Origin: Macrostomum lignano
Lineage: Eukaryota
Direction: 5' to 3'
DNA: 64,000 nt
Assembly (NCBI GenBank): GCA_002269645.1
Contig: NIVC01000763.1
Coordinates: forward strand, 248,001 to 312,000
This document shows positions 55,716 to 64,000 of the stretch, piece after piece; positions within the stretch are counted from its first letter, which is position 1, and each line of letters opens with the position of its first letter. A program made the position numbers and the translations under genes. The notes under the pieces are model-generated. The model was not told where the DNA came from, did no database searches, and saw nothing but the letters and a program-made list of their open reading frames with translations.

Positions 55716-57826
55716 TTAAAAAAATTAGTTTGCGTAAAATATTATAAAAAATACATGTATTATAACAAATGTATTTTCCTAGATTTGGCACACATTCAAA
55801 ATGAGTTATACAATTATCAATTTTGTAAAAGAATTGGGAGGGGCCCTATACAAAAACAAGATGCTATTAAAACCTATAAATTTTGGACATGTTAAATTCA
55901 TATCTTAAAAAAATGTTGTAGGCCTATATATTCTATTTAAAATGATAATAAAATAATAATAATGATAATAATAATAATAGCTTTCTAATATATATAAATG
56001 CCACATAGTCACTTTAATTGCTTTTATTGCACCTTGTTGTCATATTGATTGTTGCTACTTTGACTGTTATTAAAATGTCTATTGCCAGATTGTTTTATTG
56101 CTGGATTGATTAGATACTTCCATTTAGACCTACAAAAAATTGCCACTTTCTACATAGAAAATTAGAAGCTTTGTTATTATGACTTTTTCAAACAAGATAT
56201 CTAATCTAGTAAAGGTTTTGGCTATTCTGGACTTTTCTAGTTGTACTAGATTGACCTTTGCTAGAAATAGTTTGATTAGGGTTGCTTGCTCTATAGCTAT
56301 TGATATAGCTACTAAAAGTTATAGATATGGTGGTTTTTTGGTAAAGTAAACAGATATGCCATATATAGATATGGTTTTGGAAACATTTCCCATATCTAGT
56401 TATACCATTCAATTGGGAATAGAAAGGCCATTAGAGTTATTGATTTGATAGGATTAGAGTAATAGAAATAAATGAATGTAGCCAGTTTCAAAATAATGAG
56501 AACTTATTAAGTCCCTAGAATTTAGGACTCAAGCATCAACATAGATTGTCAATGCCATGTCCATATTGTAGTTGGGTAGTAAAGTCTTAAATTAATAGTT
56601 AATATAAAATGTTTTCACTTTCTAAGAAGAGCTCTTAAGTCCTTGTATAAATTTGAAGACTTAGCAAGAGTTTTAATGCCACATGCACATTGTGATTAGG
56701 TGGTGGAGGCTAATGTTAAGATGAATATTTTCACTTTCAATGTAAGGAGAGCTGTTAAGTTCCTGGGGTTGGAGAATTAAAAACATGACACCATATGCAT
56801 ATTGGGGTTAGGTGGTAGCGCTAAAGTTAGGAATAATATTTTCACTTTCAATAGGAGTTTTTAAGTCCCTATGGTTGGGGGACTTACTTGACTTAGCTGC
56901 AGGGGGCTCCGTGTGTCCAGAAACAGCAAGGATGCGTTGCCGCCCATTTCGCTAACCCCTGGCGATGGTTGGGGGACTGGGATGGGGCTGTGACGTTGGG
57001 AGCTAAATTTAAGATGGATGTTTTCACTTTCAATGTGAAAAGAGCTCTTAAGTCCTTAGAATTGGGACTTAAGCAACAAGACAGAAATGTTTGACTGTTA
57101 GTTGGATTAAGTGAAGGGTTAAAGTTGAGATGTGTTTTAATTTTCAATACAAAGGTAGCTCTTAAGTCTTGGGGTCAGGGACTCAAACAACACTTTTGAC
57201 ATCACATGCACACTGTGGTTGGGATGGTGGGGGCTTAAGTGGCCTACTCAACCAACTGATGAGAAAGCCATTGCTGTTGCAGATCTTGGTAAGAATTGGG
57301 AGATTTTGTCACTTTAGTTACTTAAACAATGCAAGAAAAGGAGAGATGAGAGAAGGAGAAAGTAGTGAGAAGGGGAAAGAAAAGAGGGGAGAGGAGAAAA
57401 AATGAGACAGAGAAGAGAGGAAAGGGAAGAGAGGATAAAAGAGAGGATGTTTGCCTTTGGCCTCACCAAAAATGGATAAATTACCAAAAATTTTAGCACT
57501 TTTATTTATGGCATTTTAGATAGATTTTGTTTTAAATCAAATCAATAATAAGTTTTTCTAGCTAGGTTAAAAATAAAGCAATATATTTTTGGGGTTGTCA
57601 GTGTACAATATTATTTATTTGACCTGTTCCTACAGAGTTGAAAAATAAAAAAAGATCTTTATTGTGATTAGAAAATCATAATCTTGAAAATCAACATTAG
57701 TCAGCAGTGTTGGTAATTTTTTATTTTGAATTTTTTGTTGATGCCAAATGGCACTGCAATTCTGACACTTACAAAACCCAAGTCTGACCTTCATTTGCAA
57801 TAATTATTTAAGCCAGATCAAAAGCC

Positions 57827-58135
57827 ATGCCGCACACAATTCTCTTGATCCAACCGACCCTTCGCAAGCCTGAAAGTCGCACTTGGAGCGACTATGAAAC
57901 AGTGGACCTCTGTCTCGAGGGAATCTGCAAAATCTACGAGGAACACCTGAAAGTGTCTAATCCCAACTCGCCATCAATTACTTACGACATCTCGCAGCTG
58001 TTCCAATTCATTGACCGTCTGGGCGATCTCAGCTGTCTTGTACTCAACCAGACCACTGGCACGTATGTGCCGCACAACAAAGACTGGATCAAAGAGAAAA
58101 TCTATGTCCTGCTGCGCAAACAGGCTGGTCAGTGA
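57827..58135 (+). CDS. ERH: Enhancer of rudimentary homolog, intronless CDS
   Basis: HTILLIQP....[10 protein letters not shown]...[39 protein letters not shown]......[21 protein letters not shown] is the ERH consensus. Confidence 0.98.
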   Translation: MPHTILLIQPTLRKPESRTWSDYETVDLCLEGICKIYEEHLKVSNPNSPSITYDISQLFQFIDRLGDLSCLVLNQTTGTYVPHNKDWIKEKIYVLLRKQAGQ

Positions 58136-59738
58136 ACTGATAAACCAGCTTAATTCCGCATGACTACTACAAAGTTTATCGAAACTTTTTAGTACATGTT
58201 TTTTGGGTTAAAAATCCCCGTGTTTTATTTTCTATGTTTTACTAATAAAACTAATAGTTTTTCCTTAATGTGCTACTGATTCATACTTAGTAGGATAGTG
58301 AGCATTTTTCATTTAATACTCGTATATAGTTCAAAATCCTAGTTATTCTTCTCATTGTCGTTACCTATTCTCTTTAACTTGCGTGTATCAGTCTGAGGGT
58401 TTTTTGGGGTGGTTATGAATTATAAATTATTTGATATTTAATAGTACTTTGTGTTCTGAGAACAAAATAATTGTCTCTGTGTTGGCTGAGTTGATGCACT
58501 TTATTGTTGTATTAGCAAGCTTTGTAACAAGTTATATAATAATAACTATTGCTCTGTCAGTCCGCAACCGTGCATGCGTTTGTTGCAAGTTGTTGATAAA
58601 AAAATACTTGGATGAAATATGTGTTTTTGTTATATTTGTCTCTTATGCTATCATTTAATATTAATAATGATAATTGCCACAGGCACCGAAAGCACATTGC
58701 GCGTAAGTCGGCCTTCAAATATTCAAATATTCCTCCCAGCCTTCGCGAGATGCCACCGAAATTCCACAAACTCTGTTAAAGGATTTCTTCATTTTAGCTT
58801 CAATGGTATTCTTCACAGTCTCTTGGACCTACCTGCTCGCTTTCCCGATCGGAGGTGCAAAAAAGAAGTTACAAATTGTAGCAAACTGCACATTGCACAG
58901 TCGATCGCGGCAATGCTGACTCATGCCGACCTACTATTTGGACTCCGCGAGCAAATGCATCTCGCTGAGATTTCAAAAAAAGCCAGCACAGATTTTGATA
59001 TTTCGCCAGCTAATTGCTGCCAGCAGCAGTTCCTGGAGTCAAAAGTATGAGGCCAGGATTCCTTCAAATTTTGATTCCTGTTTTTTTTGCTCAGAAAAAG
59101 TTGAATGGAACATATGGGCCCGTTATCCAACAACCGGGTCGCCTAAGGCTGCAGAAGTGATCAGCCAAGGTACGAGCGTATGCTATGGCTTGTGTCTGCT
59201 CAACTGTTCAAATTAGCTCGGCTAGAAGATGGAGAGGCGCCAAGCCAGTTTCTCTCTCCTCATCCTACAACCTGCGCTGACGGCCATTCAGCCCATTCCG
59301 CTGCATACATGCGCGCGCAACCCCTTGATTTACACTGGCCATGCGACTTACCTGTGAAAAAAGCAAGCAAAAATTACCGCAATGTAGGGTAAACGGCAGG
59401 AGCAACTATGACTGTCTTATTAAGACTAAATGCTTCGTCATCTAGTCTTTATTCTTTATTCTCTTTATTCTAGTCTCTATTCTTTTGGGTGGGCATTTTT
59501 GCGACTTTGTCCACCACAATTTACGGTGGCCGGATCGGCCAGATTGACCAGTAGTTGCACATGTATGTTCCGCTGACGCCTGAGCAACATGCAAGCTCGC
59601 CAATGCTGTACACAGGCACGAACTCATACACAGGCTCACACAGGGTGTACATCGGCCCTAGCTTTCTAATCGGCAAGGCATGTACACTCTCTGTCTTTTT
59701 TCGCACGACAACCCCCCTGGCCAAGGTCCAACTATGAA

Positions 59739-59826
59739 TGTGGCGCAGGGAATCGAACCCCCGGAACTTCTGGTGCGAGAGTCCTGCGAGATTCGAGTCA
59801 GCCGCCTACCACTGGCGTACATGTAA
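59739..59826 (-). mobile_element. tRNA-derived SINE head or tRNA pseudogene
   Basis: The minus strand has a D-arm CGCC-AGTGGTA-GGCG (box A) and a T-arm CGGGG-TTCGATT-CCCTG (box B). The anticodon and acceptor stems do not pair. Confidence 0.6.
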
Positions 59827-60559
59827 AATGCCAGTTTAGCACTAAATACACGATTTCAACATTCGAATCCAACAGACTCGCATTTGTATCGCGTGATAAT
59901 TAACTGGGATTCTGTTTTTCTTCATCTTGTTGATGAAGAACACGAATGTAGCTCTATAATCTGAAGACGAAGCGCATTCTGACCGGAGCAGAAAGTTCAT
60001 ATCAAACCAGCGCGTTGCTCCTGCCGCGGCCTTGCGGAATGCTGGAGTGGAGGGGGCAATATGCGGGCTCGTAAAACACAAATGGGAACCAGCCAATGAC
60101 ATAAAAACGGTATTCGCAAATGTTAATTTCTTCTTTTAGGCCCCGGCTGTTCCGTAAGAATCGCATTGTCTGCTTTATTCAAACATCCTCTGCCGCGAGT
60201 GAAGCTCCCGAGAGAGAGAGAGAGATATAGCTTGACTTGCATGCATGTGATTTGTTTTATTCTGGCTATTCTCATCTCTATGACTGCTTTTTTATTATTG
60301 TTGGTCTCTTGCGCATCTCAATAAAGTTTATGTCGGAGCACGGAATTGTCTTCCTTTTGCAGGTCTGACCGGATCCAATAATTATTTGTTGCTGTATGCT
60401 TTGCAGGAGCGCTCATTAGAGATAGTCTGATTCAGCTGTTTGATTTCTTTTTCTGGTCTGTCTGCCTGTCTGTCTGCCTGTCTGTCTGTCTGCCTGTCTG
60501 TCAGTCTGTCTGTCTGTCTGTCTGTCTGTCTGATTGCCTGCCTATCCTAGCTGTTAGTT

Positions 60560-60790
60560 TTGTGCCGCGAAAGCAGACAATTTAAAAGAGCGGACAGAAC
60601 GCTACATTCCTGAAATTTGATGTTTTGAACTGCGCGGCCGCTGCGCCAAGCGCACCAAACTGCGAAATTGCAGCGAGCGCAACTCCCTGCAGGCTCCGCG
60701 TGTGGTTCTTCAAGTTTGCGCGCCATCTCAGCGTATCTGGGAGGAATTTCCTGCAACATTTTTCCACACAGTGGGAGAGAGAAGGCCACT
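60560..60790 (-). mobile_element. Possible degenerate hAT dimerisation-domain remnant
   Basis: Frameshifted pieces P.VWKNVAG / PRYAEMARKL / ..SC...NF.V / RSS resemble WWK....FP.LA.MARK.L..P.SS...ER.FS. Confidence 0.4.
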
Positions 60791-61050
60791 TGCGGCAGCA
60801 CCTAATCTACCTTTATGAGGCCCACATAAATCCTGCAGAACTGCATGGGGCGGCAGGCAGGCTGGTACTTATTCGAGCGCAAAAATTAATCCAGTTCCCG
60901 GGCCTCTGCCAGCAACAGTGCTGTCCTGTGGGCGGGAGCAGCTTTTTCTGTGCCAATGGGTTCGAATCTGCACCGGGAACTAGCGGTATCCTATCCTGCG
61001 CTTTTATAGTTTTCCCTTTAACAACCAAAAGAGGGTTGCCATCTGATATA

Positions 61051-61363
61051 CAGCAATCTGGTAGCATCTGACAGCCAATACAGCAATCTAGCGACATCTG
61101 ACAGCCAATACAGCAATCTAGCGACATCTGACAGCCAATACAGCAATCTAGCGACATCTGACAGCCAATACAGCAATCTAGCGACATCTGACAGCCAATA
61201 CAGCAATCTAGCGACATCTGACAGCCAATACAGCAATCTAGCGACATCTGACAGCCAATACAGCAATCTAGCGACATCTGACAGCCAATACAGCAATCTA
61301 GCGACATCTGACAGCCAATACAGCAATCTAGCGACATCTGACAGCCAATACAGCAATCTAGCG
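61051..61363. repeat. 30-bp minisatellite (CAGCAATCTAGCGACATCTGACAGCCAATA), about 10 copies
   Basis: Seen directly; the units are identical. Confidence 0.96.
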
Positions 61364-61809
61364 TAGAAAACAATAGTAATTCCTAACCCAACTTCGTAAG
61401 AATTACCAAACAGCTGGTGATGCAATGAAGTAATAAAATGGACAAATTTCGCATTAAAACTCTGCTGCGCACATGCACCGCCGGTGAAGTGTATCGAAAG
61501 TCCTGGTGCGAAAAATTCAATTCTTGTCTAACATGACCCCCCCTAGCAGCAGATGTGTTGGTAGCCTCACCTGCCCGGCGGCCTGTCCACCGCAGGTTTT
61601 GAAACAAGTCGGAATTTTTCGCAGTTTCAAAAATTTTCTTTTTTTCAGCTAAGTTGCAAAATCTTTTCCTTATGTGCCGCGATTTCTCATTCTCTTAAAA
61701 AGTTTGGAGGATTTTTTCCTTCGTCTTTAGTGATCTTCTGGGCCACTTATATCTTGCAGAAGGCTCTCCGGTCCTACAGGAGATCCCTGTGTGATGTTAG
61801 ACTACTGAC

Positions 61810-62411
61810 AATCCTGTCTGACATCTGACACTCCTGTCTAATATCTGACACTCCTGTCTGACAGCTGACACTCCTGTCTGACAGCTGACACTCCTGTCTG
61901 ACAGCTGACACTCGTGTCTGACAGCTGACACTCCTGTCTGACAGCTGACACTCCTGTCTGACAGCTGACACTCCTGTCTGACAGCTGACACTCCTGTCTG
62001 ACAGCTGACACTCGTGTCTGACATCTGACACTCCTGTCTGACATCTGACACTCCTGTCTGACAGCTGACACTCCTGTCTGACAGCTGACACTCCTGTCTG
62101 ACATCTGTCACTCCTGTCTGACAGCTGACACTCCTGTCTGACAGCTGACACTCCTGTCTGACAGCTGACACTCCTGTCTGACAGCTGACACTCCTGTCTG
62201 ACAGCTGACACTCCTGTCTGACAGCTGACACTCCTGTCTAACAGCTGACACTCCTGTCTAACAGCTGACACTCCTGTCTGACATCTGACACTCCTGTCTG
62301 ACAGCTGACACTCCTGTCTAACATCTGACACTTCTGTCTAACAGCTGACACTCCTGTCTAACAGCTGACACTCCTGTCTAACATTTGACACTTCTGTCTA
62401 ACAGCTGACAC
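61810..62411. repeat. 20-bp minisatellite (CTGACAGCTGACACTCCTGT), about 30 copies
   Basis: Seen directly. Confidence 0.96.
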
Positions 62412-62692
62412 GAAAAGGGGGTATTGATTTTCATTTTACACGCCTAGGCAAACTAATCGAGTGGGGTAAAATATATTGCATCCTTGCAGCGCCACGAGTG
62501 ATCTCCTACAGAAACAACACTAGGAAAAAGAATAAAGAACTGGATAAAAGAACAACCTGATTGGTTGACAGCCTGTCAGCCAATAGCAATCCTTCTTCGC
62601 GGCAAAAGGCTGCAGTTATTATGAACCGGACGGGACCATACCTGGGCTCTGCAGACGTTTCTCCTTGCCCTCCTAGATTTTGCAAAGCGACC

Positions 62693-63939
62693 ATGAAACT
62701 TACAGATTCTTTACAGCATGGCCTTGCTGCGCTGGTCATACTACTGACTAGCTCCACTTGTCTGGCACAGCCGCAGCTGCCGCCGCCGCCTCTCCACAAT
62801 TCCCTGGTGACTGTGCACGACGACGAGAGCTTGCATCTGTCCAGTGATGCCACGGCTCAGCTGTCCTGCAGACCGGCGCCCATACAGGTGGACATGTGCA
62901 GCAACATGCAGTACAATCAAACAGCCGAGAAACTGCCTGGGTTCAACAAGCAATCAGAGGTTGCCTACTTGCTGAGCCAGTTCAATCAGCTGGTCAAAGC
63001 GCCTTGCGCGCCGTTTCTTAAACTGTTCGTCTGCTCCATGCACCTGCCGCTGTGCAACGCCGACCAGAAGCTGCTGGTGCGGCCGTGCAAGGAGTTCTGC
63101 CTGCGGATCAAAGGCCTCTGCTCGCCACAGCTCAAGCAGTACGGCTACCCCTGGCCGCCCAGCCTCGACTGCACGGGCCTCAACTACGAGCAGGAGAAGG
63201 GCAAGCTGGGCCACCGGGGCAGCCAGCGCGGCCTCTGCCTCCGGCCCAGCAACCGCGAGTTCGAGGATGAACTCCGCAAACTGCGGCTCAGCACCGCCGG
63301 CTCCTTTGATCTGCCGCCGCCGCCACCGCCTCTGTCGCAGATGCCCGGAATCTGGCCGCCAGCTCTGGAGTCGGCCACCCCGCCGACTGGCACAGCGGTT
63401 TCACCGAGAAAGCCGACTACTAAGCTGTCGACCTTCAAATGTTCCCTAGCCGAGCTGCCTCTCGGCGAAGGCGGCGGCAGCGGCGGCGGCGCCAAGCGAA
63501 GCTCCGCCTGCGCGGCCCGCTGCCAGGCCGACCTGCTGTACAGCCGGCCGGACAAACAGCTCGCCGCCGACTGGATGCTCGGCTGGTCGGCCGTCTGCGC
63601 CGTCGCCGCCGTCCTCGCCGTGGCCACCTTCGCCCTAGACGGCGACAGGTTCCGCTACCCCGAGCGGCCGATCGTGTGGGTGTCGGCCAGCCACCTGCTG
63701 TTCGCCGGCGCGCACCTGCTGAGAGTCTGGCTGGGGCCGGAGGCGGCCGGATGCGCCGTCGGCGACCCCGCTGGCCAGCAGGTGTACCGGGTGTCCCAAC
63801 ACGCCGGCCACTGGTGCGCCGTGATCTTCCTGCTGGTGTACTTCGCCCCGCTGGCCGGCTGCCTCTGGTGGCTGCTGCTCACCGTGTGCTGGTACCTGTG
63901 CGCCGCGCGCAAGTGGGCTCACGAAGCCATCCAGCAGAG
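62693..63939 (+). CDS. Frizzled receptor (FZD4/9/10-like), first exon; 3'-partial
   Basis: Signal peptide; CRD with cysteine pattern (MCSNMQYNQT, CAPFLKLFVCSMHLPLC, PCKEFC, C..QLKQYGYPWP..LDC); TM1-3 with RFRYPERPI and KWAHEAI; donor AG|GTTGGT at 63939/63940. Confidence 0.93.
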
Positions 63940-64000
63940 GTTGGTGCTGCAGTGCCAGTGCGATTTCGTGTCCGCTGTCCGGCTTTAGTGTCCGCTGTCC

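Noticed and set aside
60813-62331. Cys-rich ORFs (CCIGCQMSLD, CQLSDRSVSCQTG)
   Set aside because: Translations of the 30-bp and 20-bp minisatellites, not metallothionein-like genes.

Overview
Eukaryotic (animal) genomic DNA, not prokaryotic. GC/Ala-rich exons with GT-AG introns packed with minisatellites suggest a flatworm such as Macrostomum; this is inferred from sequence style only. Manually spliced genes, in order: a C-type-lectin-like ORF (-, interrupted by an in-frame TAG), an ankyrin+armadillo repeat gene (+, 7 exons, 5' end probably outside the window), a GT92/DUF23 glycosyltransferase (+), a full-length ABCA transporter (+), intronless RPL22 (-), a ZAK/MAP3K20-like kinase with SAM domain (+), PKD2/polycystin-2 (-), intronless ERH (+) and the first exon of a Frizzled (+). 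Most long ORFs in the supplied track are artefacts of tandem repeats. Two AT-rich islands (~21.8-32.2 kb and ~51.4-58.4 kb) lie between head-to-head gene pairs and are packed with MITEs and repeat relics. The most notable signal is in these islands: they are almost free of CpG and rich in TpA. Three copies of one dispersed repeat show a stepwise CCGG>CTGG>CTAG series, i.e. CpG decay plus CpA/TpG>TpA changes, resembling a RIP-like or non-CG-methylation hypermutation process acting on repeats. No CRISPR array or intact tRNA/rRNA gene was found.
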